From positions 96,001 to 160,000 of the forward strand of contig JBBQUR010000001.1 in NCBI GenBank assembly GCA_038212275.1: 64,000 nucleotides of DNA. The letters are read 5' to 3'. How positions within the stretch are numbered: position 1 is the stretch's first letter; each line of letters opens with the position of its first letter. Origin of the DNA: Planctomycetota bacterium (GTDB lineage: Bacteria > Planctomycetota > B15-G4). The position numbers were made by a program, and so were the translations under genes. This document shows, piece by piece, positions 28,303 through 37,499 of the stretch. The notes under the pieces were generated by a model, which saw only the letters and a list, made by a program, of their open reading frames with translations, made no database searches and was not told the origin of the DNA.

Positions 28303-31241
28303 ACGCGTCCGTGCTTTCCCTGCTGGCGATGCTCGCCTTCGGGGCGGCCTCGGCATTGCTTGGCCTCGACGCGTGCAGGCTCGGCAACGCCTTTCTTCCT
28401 GGCGTGCACCCGGCGTCGGCCTGGGCCTTTCCCGCGTCTTGCATCGCGTTTGGCGCGGGCGCTGCATTCACTGCGTGGCGGCACGCAGGCCGTCGCGCGG
28501 ATCACATCTCGCGATGGTTCGCGGCAGCGGCTGCGGGCGCGCTCGCCGGCCCGGCGCTGTGGCACGCGTGGACCACGCCCGTGCCGCCACTGTCCGTCTT
28601 TGGGCGCGCCGCCGTGGCTTCCGCGGCGTTCGCGCCGGCCTGGTTCTGCCTGGGCGCCGCGCTTCCGCTGCTGGCCGCGATGCAGACGCAGAACCGGAAG
28701 GGCGGGTGGCATGACACGGCGGTGATGATCTGCTGGATCGCCCTCGGCTCGGCGGTGGCTGCCTGGCGCTGGCTTCCCATGTTGCTCGCAGGCCTGCGTC
28801 CCGCGGACTTCGCAGCTGCCATGCTCGTCGGCGCGTCCCTGGTGTCGTCCGTGCTCACCGGCCTGTCGCGATCCGGTGCTGTGGTCGGCGTGTCGCCGAC
28901 GAACGCCTCTCCCGTGCCTCCCGCGACGCGGTCATCGGCACGGGCGGCGCCCGAAACGCTCACGCTGACAGCTCGGAGACGCAGGGCATCCTGGCTGGGC
29001 CTCGGCGTGACCGGGGTGGCATGCGGATTCGCGCTGCCTGCACTACTGCGGGTCGTGGCGGCGCACGACGGCGACGGGCTCGCCATGAGCAGCCAGGTCG
29101 TCCTGCTTCTGAGCCTTGCCGGCCTCGTCATCAGCTTCGATGGGAAGGGCGTGCTCACCGGTCGCTGGTCCGATGATGCCGTCTTGTGGCTGCTGTTCGC
29201 GTGGGCAGCGCCTGCATCCGCGACAGCCGCGTCGGACACTCCGGGGCGACTGCTCGAAGCGCTGCCCGTCGCACTTGTGGCCGGTGCCCTGGTGCGAGCA
29301 CTGCGCCGTGGAGTGGCGCATGCCGTGAGTCGGTCAGCTGCGGCAGAATCGCCTGAAGTCGCATGGGGACGGGTCTGCGCCGTGCTGGCATGTGGCACGG
29401 GGCTGGGTGCCGCTGCGTGCAGCCTCTGGGCTCTCGGTGCCGCGGGACTCGGTGCGCTGTCGCTGCTGCACGCGATCGGGTGGCTGACAGCAGCGGCGCT
29501 CTTGTTGGCAGGGATCGCACGTGATGGTCCCGGCTGGCGGATGGCCTGGCCTGGCGGCATCGCGGTGGTCGTGCTGCTGATGGCACCCGAGCGGCCGACC
29601 TTTCCCTGGACCGCCCGTGACCCGCAGGATCGCCTGCTGCGTCAAGTCGAGGATGCCCGAGGGGTGTTGTCCGTGGTCGGCGTGAACGGCGGGCGTGCGG
29701 AACTCGATCAGGCCGGGCAGCCCTTCGCACCCGAGGGCCGGCAGTCGTGGCTGGCGCGGCGCATGGGGCGCATCTCGGCAAGCTTCGCGCCGGAGGCCAG
29801 GCAGGCCGCCGTGCTTGATCTGGGCAGCGGGTTGCTCGTTGCGAGCCTCGCGGCAGTGACTCCCGCCAACGTGCTGTGCGTCGAAGCCAATGCCGCTCGC
29901 CTGAGCTTGCTCGGCGAGTTGCCATTCGAGGCGGACCAGTCGGCGCGTGGCGCCGCACCGACGATCGTGCTCGCCGATCCGGGTGCCTGGCTGGTGGCGC
30001 ATCCTCGCGCCTGCGACCTGATCGTCGGGCAACCTCCCGTGCCGGATCGTGCGGGCGACCTCGGGAGCAGTTCGGTCGAGCACTTCCTGGCAATGCGCGC
30101 AGCGCTGAGGGAGGGAGGCGTGGCGGTGCAGTGGTTTTCGCTCGAGCGCTATCCGTGGCCCGCCTTCGCGAGTGCCGCCCGCGCCTTCCTCACCGCGTTC
30201 CCGGACGCACGCCTGTTTGTCGCCTCGCTTCGCGCGGACACGCCGCTCGTCGCGCTCGTCGGTGGCATGTCGCGAGGTCTGCCGAGACGCGAGGCCGTGG
30301 ATGCGCTGCTTGCGCACGCTCCCTCCGTGGCAGGTCCGCCCGCCAGCCCGGACATCATGGATCTGTATGTGTGCGATGCCTGGGCACTCGAGCGACGCTT
30401 TCGTGACGAGCCGGCCGACACGCTCGCCGAGCCATGGGTCGCCTTGCGTGGCGAGCGGCGAGTCGACGACCAGGCCTTGATAGCCCGCACCAACCTGCGC
30501 CAGCTTGCCGGACTTGCACAGCCGCTCGACACGACCTCCTTCGAGGCGCGGCCGATCAATGACCGGGACAATCGACTCCTGGGAGCAGAGCTCACGGCGA
30601 GGTCGGCGGCGCTCGCGTCGCTGCTGCTCGCGCGTGCCGCATGGTCCGAACTTCGCGACGCGGCTCCGGGCGAGCTCTCGAGCAATGAGCGCGCATCGCT
30701 CGAAGACGAACTGAGTGCCACGCTGCTGGCCGCATGGAAAGCCGCTCCTGGTCACCTCGATGTACGCGACACGCTGCTGGAATGGGCGGGCGACCTGGTG
30801 AAGCAGCAGCGCCTGGAGCTCGCGGGCGCCTTGCTTCAGTCGGCGGTCGGCGTGGCGCCCGACGGAGGGCTGCTCGGTCTGTTCGGCGGCGTGCTGTTGC
30901 AGCTCGATCACGTTGCGCCGGCGCGCGACCTGCTCATGCGCGCACGGGAACTCGCTCCCCGGGATCTCACGGTGCTCGTCAACCTGGGGACGGCGCAGTT
31001 GTGGCTCGGGCAGGATGCGGCCGCGCGCGCCACGCTCTCGGCGGCGCGTAAGGTCTCCGCTCCAGCGCCGCTGCCGCCGCTCGCCGAGGTCACGCTGGGC
31101 CTGCTGGACGGTGATCAGCCCAGCGTCGCGTCGGCGCGTGCACTGCTGGAACAACTTCCCTCGGACAGCCCGTGGCGAGCTGCGCTGGATCGCCTGCTGC
31201 AGACGCCGCCGTCAGGCAGCCCTCCGCCCGGGGCGCCCTAG
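28293..31241 (+). CDS. Multi-TM protein fused to a divergent spermidine-synthase-like SAM fold and C-terminal TPRs
   Basis: Many hydrophobic helices, VLDLGSG, CVEAN, ADPGAWL, DLIVG, LREGGVAVQW, TPR-like helices. Confidence 0.65.
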   Translation: MSLNASVLSLLAMLAFGAASALLGLDACRLGNAFLPGVHPASAWAFPASCIAFGAGAAFTAWRHAGRRADHISRWFAAAAAGALAGPALWHAWTTPVPPLSVFGRAAVASAAFAPAWFCLGAALPLLAAMQTQNRKGGWHDTAVMICWIALGSAVAAWRWLPMLLAGLRPADFAAAMLVGASLVSSVLTGLSRSGAVVGVSPTNASPVPPATRSSARAAPETLTLTARRRRASWLGLGVTGVACGFALPALLRVVAAHDGDGLAMSSQVVLLLSLAGLVISFDGKGVLTGRWSDDAVLWLLFAWAAPASATAASDTPGRLLEALPVALVAGALVRALRRGVAHAVSRSAAAESPEVAWGRVCAVLACGTGLGAAACSLWALGAAGLGALSLLHAIGWLTAAALLLAGIARDGPGWRMAWPGGIAVVVLLMAPERPTFPWTARDPQDRLLRQVEDARGVLSVVGVNGGRAELDQAGQPFAPEGRQSWLARRMGRISASFAPEARQAAVLDLGSGLLVASLAAVTPANVLCVEANAARLSLLGELPFEADQSARGAAPTIVLADPGAWLVAHPRACDLIVGQPPVPDRAGDLGSSSVEHFLAMRAALREGGVAVQWFSLERYPWPAFASAARAFLTAFPDARLFVASLRADTPLVALVGGMSRGLPRREAVDALLAHAPSVAGPPASPDIMDLYVCDAWALERRFRDEPADTLAEPWVALRGERRVDDQALIARTNLRQLAGLAQPLDTTSFEARPINDRDNRLLGAELTARSAALASLLLARAAWSELRDAAPGELSSNERASLEDELSATLLAAWKAAPGHLDVRDTLLEWAGDLVKQQRLELAGALLQSAVGVAPDGGLLGLFGGVLLQLDHVAPARDLLMRARELAPRDLTVLVNLGTAQLWLGQDAAARATLSAARKVSAPAPLPPLAEVTLGLLDGDQPSVASARALLEQLPSDSPWRAALDRLLQTPPSGSPPPGAP

Positions 31242-32323
31242 CGCGGGCGCTGCTTGCCGCGAAGCCTTCCGGTCGCGCGCTTGCCTTTTTCCGCGCGATC
31301 TCTGCCTTTGCCCGGCCCGGACTTGCCAGATCGGGTGGCGCCGCGCCGGCCGTCATGGACCTTGTCTCGCGCCAACCGCATCGAGGCCGGGTGATCCGGC
31401 TTGGCGCCTCGCGCGCTTCCGCTGCCACGCCGGGCTTTGCTGCCGCCCGCTTCCTTCGGCTCGGGAGCTGTCTTCGGCCGGCCGCCGCGCCGCCCGCGCG
31501 GTTCGAGCTTGGGCACGTCCACGCCCGCGCCGCGCCCGGTCTTCGGCACCACGATGCGGCCCGTCCCGTGCGCCGGTCTGCCTCCGAGCCGGATCACGGC
31601 CTGCGCGCTCTGTCGGAGTGCGGAGACTTCAGCGGGCTGCAGCGCGCGCACCTCGCCGGGCCGCAGGTCGCCCAGCTCGATCGGGCCGATGCTCATGCGC
31701 GTGAGGCGGCGCACTTCATGTCCGAAGCGCGCGCACAGGCGGCGGATCTCGCGCTTGCGTCCTTCCTGCAGCGAGATGGCCAGCACGGTGCGTTCACGAA
31801 AGCGGTGCACGACCTCGATGTCCACCGGACCGGTGCGGCCCTCGGACAACCAGACACCCTTGCGCATCGTTTCGATCGTCGCGTCGTCCGGGACGCCGTC
31901 GACTTCCACGCGATACATCTTGTGGACGCCGAAACGTGGGTGGCTGACGAGGTGGCACAGCTCGCCGTCGTTGGTGAGAATGATCGCACCCTCGCTGTCG
32001 ACGTCGAGTCTGCCGATCGTGAAGAGGCGCCGGTCACGCGCGCGCTGCGGCAGGTAGTCCACGGCACGCGGCTTGCCGGGCGCGCTCGTCGTCGAGCAGA
32101 TCGCGCCGCGCGGCTTGTGCAGGAGGTAGTGCAACTGAGGGGCGACATGCAGCAGCTGGCTGTCGCAGCGCACTTCGTTGATCTCGTCATCCACCTGTGT
32201 GCCCAGCTCGGTGACGATCCTGCCGTCCACCTGCACGCGGCCCTGGGTGATGAGTTCTTCGCAGGCACGCCGGCTGCCGATGCCGCAGGAGGCCATGAGT
32301 TTGTGCAGACGTTGTCGGGTCAT
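31238..32323 (-). CDS. rluB: RsuA/RluB-family pseudouridine synthase with a basic C-terminal tail
   Basis: S4 domain RLHKLMASCGIGSRR, HKPRG, IGRLDVDSEG..LTNDG, EGRKREIRR. Confidence 0.85.
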   Translation of the reverse strand: MTRQRLHKLMASCGIGSRRACEELITQGRVQVDGRIVTELGTQVDDEINEVRCDSQLLHVAPQLHYLLHKPRGAICSTTSAPGKPRAVDYLPQRARDRRLFTIGRLDVDSEGAIILTNDGELCHLVSHPRFGVHKMYRVEVDGVPDDATIETMRKGVWLSEGRTGPVDIEVVHRFRERTVLAISLQEGRKREIRRLCARFGHEVRRLTRMSIGPIELGDLRPGEVRALQPAEVSALRQSAQAVIRLGGRPAHGTGRIVVPKTGRGAGVDVPKLEPRGRRGGRPKTAPEPKEAGGSKARRGSGSARGAKPDHPASMRLARDKVHDGRRGATRSGKSGPGKGRDRAEKGKRATGRLRGKQRPR

Positions 32324-33300
32324 CGGGGGCCATCCACGGCGAGAAGCTGCAGGTCATGGCCGGCGATGTTCACTTCGCCGGACACGAGCAGAGTGTCACC
32401 CGGGCGCACCACATGCACGCAATCCGCAGCGGAGACCGTGCCCGAGCCGGCCAGCGCGACCACGAAGCCGAAGCCACCGCGGGGCGCAAAGCTCAGCCCG
32501 CTCTGCACGATCGTCCGACGCAAGCCAAAGGCCGCTTCGCCGATCAGCATGGTCCACCTGTCGGCCACCACGGGTGCTCGTCTCGGTTGCTCAGCCGGCC
32601 CGTCGACGCAAGCCTCCCGGGCCTGCGGCAGGTGAAGCTGCCGGCCGCGACCCCAGTCGTGGATGCGCCACGTCGTGTCAGAGCTCTGCTGGACCTCGAA
32701 GAGCTGCAGGCCCGGTCCGATGGCGTGCACCGTGCCGCCAGCGACGAAGAGCGTGTCGCCGGCCTGCACCTCGACGCGGCGCAGCAGCCTGAGCACCTGC
32801 TCGTTGCTGGCGCCCGCGGCAGCGGCATCGAGGAGGTCCGAGGTCCGGACGCCGGGGGCGGTCCCGAGCCAGACGCTGGCGCTCGGCGAGGCCCGCAGGA
32901 TGTGCCACGCCTCGCTCTTGCCGCATGGCAGTCCCTGGCGCACCGCGACCGCGTCATCGGGGTGAACCTGCACGGAGAGCCGCTGCTCGCAGTCCAGGAA
33001 CTTCAGCAGGAGCGGGAAGGCCGCGGCGGCGGGGATTCCCAGCTCAGGCCCGTGCCGATCCAGCCACTGCGCCAGAGTCTCCGGGCTGTCGCGCAGGCAG
33101 GTGGGTGCGGAGGGGAGGCAACTCGCCAGCCACCACTCTCCGATCGGAGCGTCGTCGAGGGAGTCCCCTCGAGTCGAGGGTGCTTCCGCGACGTCCGCGC
33201 CTCGGGGCGCCCAGCCGAAGCCGGGGCCGAGCGTGTGCCCGCCCCATGGTCGGGCCACGGGGCGCGGCGCCAACGGAACGGCCAGTGCCGAAGACCTCAC
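32320..33300 (-). CDS. manA: Class I mannose-6-phosphate isomerase
   Basis: PWGG, GEWW, FPLLLKFLD..LSVQVHPDD, GKSEAW, GTVHAIG, EVQQSSDTTWR. Confidence 0.88.
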   Translation of the reverse strand: MRSSALAVPLAPRPVARPWGGHTLGPGFGWAPRGADVAEAPSTRGDSLDDAPIGEWWLASCLPSAPTCLRDSPETLAQWLDRHGPELGIPAAAAFPLLLKFLDCEQRLSVQVHPDDAVAVRQGLPCGKSEAWHILRASPSASVWLGTAPGVRTSDLLDAAAAGASNEQVLRLLRRVEVQAGDTLFVAGGTVHAIGPGLQLFEVQQSSDTTWRIHDWGRGRQLHLPQAREACVDGPAEQPRRAPVVADRWTMLIGEAAFGLRRTIVQSGLSFAPRGGFGFVVALAGSGTVSAADCVHVVRPGDTLLVSGEVNIAGHDLQLLAVDGPR

Positions 33301-33328
33301 CTGTCACTCCTGCGGGAAGTCCCGCAGA

Positions 33329-33520
33329 CTAGAGCGAAAGGCGAATCTCTTCCAGCAACTTGACCAGAGCGCGATCCAGCTGCTCGTCCGGAACGGTGTC
33401 TCCGTGGCGGACCAGCGCCGTCCAGGCAGCCGTCCGTTCCTCGGGTGTCGCCGTGCTCGGAAACTCGGGCAGCTGTGAGGGCGCCGCAGGCTTCGGTGTG
33501 TGATCGGTGTTGTGCGTCAT
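33329..33520 (-). CDS. Small FlgM-like (anti-sigma28-like) protein, 63 aa
   Basis: Disordered N-terminus then R......LV..G.....E.LD.AL.KLLEEI, resembling the FlgM C-terminal helices. Confidence 0.5.
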   Translation of the reverse strand: MTHNTDHTPKPAAPSQLPEFPSTATPEERTAAWTALVRHGDTVPDEQLDRALVKLLEEIRLSL

Positions 33521-33562
33521 GGTGTGTGTGGCCCTTTGGGTGTGCCCGCTGAGCCGACCCAT

Positions 33563-33590
33563 GTATCGAGGCAATCGCATGCGCACTTGA
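33563..33590 (-). promoter_or_regulatory. Sigma28 (FliA)-like promoter TCAA-N16-CTCGATAC
   Basis: Resembles TAAA-N15/16-GCCGATAA; 42 nt upstream of the FlgM-like ATG. Confidence 0.4.
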
Positions 33591-33623
33591 GCCGATCCTC
33601 AATCCCTGCAAACCGCCTGAAAA

Positions 33624-34199
33624 TCAGGCCTTATCGGAGACCTCGGGCGCCGCGTAGAGAGCAATCGTCGCGACGCCGTGCGTCCGCTGGCGGAGCATCC
33701 GCAATCCGTGCAGGACCACCGGTGCGATGCGGGCTGACGAGCACTCCGCCAGCAGCCTCGCCTCCGGTGCAAACACGGGAGCCTGGCATGCCGCAGCAGG
33801 CACCGGATCGAACAGGGCGTACGGCGGGTCGGCGAACACCAGGTCGTATTGCGCACCGGCCGGCGGCACGATCCGCTGGCAGTCCGCCACGAGCAGGCTC
33901 CACTCGTCGGGACGGAGGCGGGCAGCCTCCGCGTTGGCGCGCAGGGCGGCGACGGCTCTCGGCGCGCGCTCCACGAAGGTCACGTGCGTGGCTCCGCGAC
34001 TGAGGGCTTCGAGGCCCAGGGCTCCGGAGCCCGCATAGAGATCGAGGACGCGAGCGCCTGCCACGAGATCGCCGAGCATGCCGAACATCGCTTCGCGCAC
34101 GGCAGCTCGAGTGGGCCGCGTGTCGAGTCCGGGCGGGACCGCCAGGCGCAGTCCGCGCAGTCGGCCGCTGCTGATGGTGGGCGACGAGCTGCGGATCAT
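33624..34199 (-). CDS. rsmD: 16S rRNA (guanine966-N2)-methyltransferase
   Basis: TRPT..VREA.F, VLDLYAGSGALGLEALSRGA, FADPPY. Confidence 0.92.
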   Translation of the reverse strand: MIRSSSPTISSGRLRGLRLAVPPGLDTRPTRAAVREAMFGMLGDLVAGARVLDLYAGSGALGLEALSRGATHVTFVERAPRAVAALRANAEAARLRPDEWSLLVADCQRIVPPAGAQYDLVFADPPYALFDPVPAAACQAPVFAPEARLLAECSSARIAPVVLHGLRMLRQRTHGVATIALYAAPEVSDKA

Positions 34200-34330
34200 C
34201 GAGCGCACCTCCCGTCGCGGCGGCAACCTTTCGTCGGCGTGTTTGTAAGCGGACTCACGAGCGCCGATAGTACCTGCCCGCGGCAGACCCACCCCGACGG
34301 GTTGTCACGAGAGTCCGCGGGCGATCGCCG

Positions 34331-35956
34331 ATGACACCACCCGATCCCGAATCGCCTGCGCTGCATGCCGGCTCGCCGCCGCCGGACAAGCTCCATGCCC
34401 ACCCGCCCGTGGTGCCGGCCGTCGTGGCCTCGGGACGGAAGGAGCGCGAGAAACGGGAGCTCGAACGCGCCCTGCGTCGCCTGCCGATCTACCTGATCGG
34501 GGCGGCCGCCATTCATGCGGCGCTCCTGCTGTGGTGGTGGACCTCGCTGAAGGGAACCCCTGGCGAGCGGCCGCCCTCCCGCATCGAGGCATCCCTCCTG
34601 GAAGAGCTGCCGCCGCTGGAGGACCCGTTGGACGAGGCGCCGTTGGACGAGGCGCTGGATGAACCGGAGCAGGTCGAAGAGCCGCCCACCATGACGGACA
34701 CGGAGGTGGATGACCCCACGCCGACGCTCGATGACGTCTTCGATCCGGGCGAAAACGTGCTGGGACTCGGCGGTGGAGGAGCAGGCGGCGGGCACGGTGG
34801 CGCGCGGCACTCGGCATTGTCGAGTGGCGAGATCCCGCTCGTGGTCGTCGGTGCGGGCGGCTCCGGCTTCAAGAGCTTCGTGGAGGACCTGCGCGAGCGC
34901 GGCCTGGACCTCGTCTTCGTGATCGACGCCACCGCAAGCATGGACAAGTTCATCGTGCAGGCGCGCGCGGCGATCGACGGCATCATCGAGGATGTGTCGG
35001 CGGTCGTTCCTGATCTGCGCATCGGCGTCGTGGCCTATCGCGATCGGAAGGACACGTGGCTCACGCGACAGGTTGCGCTCACCGATGACCGCTACCTCAT
35101 CCACAACTTCCTCGCGGATCTGGAGGCCGGCGAGGGAGGTGATTTCGAGGAAGCCGTGGACGAAGGTCTGCGCGTCGCCATCGAGGACCTGGCCTGGCGC
35201 GCCGGCAGTCGCCGGGTGCTCGTGCTCGTGGGTGACGCACCGCCGCATGCAGCGGACGAACAGAAGGCCCTGTCGCTCGCCCGCAGCTTCGCGCGAGATC
35301 GACAGTCGGTGCTGGACGTGCTGTACACGGGCGCGCGGCCCGGCAGCGCCGCCACCGACCAGGATCGGAACACGCAGAAATCGCTGGAAAAGCTGGCGCG
35401 ATCCGCCAACGGGCAGCTCACGAACCTGCAGGCGGGTGAAGACGACCTGCGCGCGCTCATCCTCGATGCGTCCTTCGGCATCGAATGGCGCGACGACATC
35501 CGACAGCTCCTGGGCCACTCGCGGGACGATTGGCGCCAGCGCATCGTTGCGGACAAGGTGGCGCATCAGCAGCGCGCCTGGCTGCTCGACAATCTCGACC
35601 GCACGCCGGTCCATCCCGCAATCGTGAACGGTTGTCTGACACTCTTCGATGCCTCGATCGCGCAGCGTGCGCTGGCGCTGCTGCTCGATGAGACGCGTGC
35701 GATCCCCGTGCGCTCGGTGGCGCTCTACCTGCTCAAGCACAAGCTCGCAGGGAAAATCGCGCTCGACGTGACGGCTCCGCTCGCCCAGCAGTCGGTGCAG
35801 GTCGCGTCCATCCAGCGCGCCGTGGGAAACTACGCTCGCAGCGGTCGCCCGCCGCCACCGCCACCGCCATTGCCGGGAGACGCGACGCCGAAGACTCCGA
35901 ATCCGCCGCCCGCAGGCACGCCCCCGGATGCGCCGCGAAAAGCTACGGGAGACTGA
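34331..35956 (+). CDS. Membrane-anchored vWA-domain protein
   Basis: TM helix, acidic/Pro linker, DLVFVIDATASM (MIDAS), YRD, GGDFEEAV, LVGDAPPH, Pro-rich tail. Confidence 0.85.
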   Translation: MTPPDPESPALHAGSPPPDKLHAHPPVVPAVVASGRKEREKRELERALRRLPIYLIGAAAIHAALLLWWWTSLKGTPGERPPSRIEASLLEELPPLEDPLDEAPLDEALDEPEQVEEPPTMTDTEVDDPTPTLDDVFDPGENVLGLGGGGAGGGHGGARHSALSSGEIPLVVVGAGGSGFKSFVEDLRERGLDLVFVIDATASMDKFIVQARAAIDGIIEDVSAVVPDLRIGVVAYRDRKDTWLTRQVALTDDRYLIHNFLADLEAGEGGDFEEAVDEGLRVAIEDLAWRAGSRRVLVLVGDAPPHAADEQKALSLARSFARDRQSVLDVLYTGARPGSAATDQDRNTQKSLEKLARSANGQLTNLQAGEDDLRALILDASFGIEWRDDIRQLLGHSRDDWRQRIVADKVAHQQRAWLLDNLDRTPVHPAIVNGCLTLFDASIAQRALALLLDETRAIPVRSVALYLLKHKLAGKIALDVTAPLAQQSVQVASIQRAVGNYARSGRPPPPPPPLPGDATPKTPNPPPAGTPPDAPRKATGD

Positions 35957-37469
35957 GCAGCCGCGGGGGGAGCAGGATGGGCGGTTGCTGCTCGGCCCAG
36001 GCCTGCCAGGCGCGCTGCACATCGTCCAGCTCCTCGCCGAAGGAAGCCTGCCACGCGATCCGGTGCAGCATCGGCGGCTCCTTGCCGGAGGCTTCCGGCG
36101 TCGCATCATAGGCCAGCAGGTAAGCCCCCAATTCGTCGGCGTGCTGCTCCATCAGGAAACGCAGCACGCTCCAGCTCACGCCGATCTCCATGCTGTCGAG
36201 ATCTTCCACCGGCTGCGACATGAGCGGCGCCAGTCGGCCCGCCTGGGCGGCGAGAGTCGGCCGCATCAGGTTCTCGTGCCAGTGGATGAAGTCTTCCCAG
36301 CCCTTCACGAAGGGGTCGATCGCCTCGTTGTCGGCGTTGCGCGCGAAGCTGGTGATCGTGATCGTGGCGTGCTGTGTGACCGCTCCTTCATAGAAGGCAG
36401 CCAGTCCGGCTTCGAACCAGCCAGGAGTCCGCGCGCCACCCTTGAGGCGCTGCAGCAGCACGTGCGCGAGCTGGTGCGTGACGGATCCGAGCCTGCCGAG
36501 ATCCTCGTCGCCGGCCAGCTCGAAGTTTTCGCCGTGGGCCACCAGGCCGATGAGCGGTCTCGGCCAGTAGAGCGTGAATCCGCGCGAGGCGCGGAAGCGC
36601 TCGCGGAAGGAGTTGCTCGCCCCGTAGCCGACGAGGATGTCGCTGTCCATCAGCCGTCCCACGGCGTCCAGGTCCGGAAGCGCGATCACCGGAATGTCGT
36701 AGCGCAGCAGCGATTTCATCCCGGCTTCGTCAGGCGTGAAGCGCAGCAACAGGTCCTTCACCACCAGGTCGAGGTTGTAGACCAAGGCCTCGGCAGCGTC
36801 CGTGTTCAGCTCCGAGAAAAGCGTCACGTAGGTGCCGGAGGTGGCCGTGAGCGGGATGTCGATCGCCGCCATGTCCTCCAGCAGGAGCGTCGTCTCGCCG
36901 GGGCGCCGCGCGATCCACTCGTCGTGCACCCGGATGAAGCCACGCTGCCGCATGACCTGCGCCTCGGGCTGCCAACCGCCGTCCTCCCAGAGCAGGCCGG
37001 CGGCACGCTGCTCCGCTTCGTGCTGCTTGACGTACTCCTCGACTTCCGCCGGATCGAGCCAGCGGTCGCCCACCTTCACGCGGCCGAGCGACTCGTTGGC
37101 GAGACTGTGGTCAGGGACGAGCGCGATCACCTCGCGGAGCAGCGCCCGTGAGTCGGCCACCAGGCCATTGTCGCGTGCCCAGAGCGCCAGTTCGAAGAGC
37201 GCTGCCGCATCGCCCGCCGGCACGTCCGCGCGCCGCGCCGCAAACTCCTGCGCGGCGGTGCGCTTCTCTTCGATCCGCGCCACCTTGCTGAGCGGTACCA
37301 CGACCTTGCCGAATTCGGTCGTCACGGTGATGTCGGTGGCCGTGCGCGCGCTGATCGTGCCCTCCAGCGTGCGGCCGTCCTTGTAGTGGATGACATCGGC
37401 GCGCGCGAGACACGACAGCAGCACGACAACGGTCAGCACTCGGATGGCGAGGATCGGCGTGATGCGCAT
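35943..37469 (-). CDS. Secreted protein with a degenerate zincin (DUF1570/peptidase MA-like) domain
   Basis: Signal peptide ending ARA; DVIHYKDGRTLEG domain; TPR-like segment; HQLAH...PGWFEAGLAAFYE. Confidence 0.7.
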   Translation of the reverse strand: MRITPILAIRVLTVVVLLSCLARADVIHYKDGRTLEGTISARTATDITVTTEFGKVVVPLSKVARIEEKRTAAQEFAARRADVPAGDAAALFELALWARDNGLVADSRALLREVIALVPDHSLANESLGRVKVGDRWLDPAEVEEYVKQHEAEQRAAGLLWEDGGWQPEAQVMRQRGFIRVHDEWIARRPGETTLLLEDMAAIDIPLTATSGTYVTLFSELNTDAAEALVYNLDLVVKDLLLRFTPDEAGMKSLLRYDIPVIALPDLDAVGRLMDSDILVGYGASNSFRERFRASRGFTLYWPRPLIGLVAHGENFELAGDEDLGRLGSVTHQLAHVLLQRLKGGARTPGWFEAGLAAFYEGAVTQHATITITSFARNADNEAIDPFVKGWEDFIHWHENLMRPTLAAQAGRLAPLMSQPVEDLDSMEIGVSWSVLRFLMEQHADELGAYLLAYDATPEASGKEPPMLHRIAWQASFGEELDDVQRAWQAWAEQQPPILLPPRLLSLP

Positions 37470-37499
37470 CGGGTTTCCTGGGGCGGTATCTTGGGGCGC

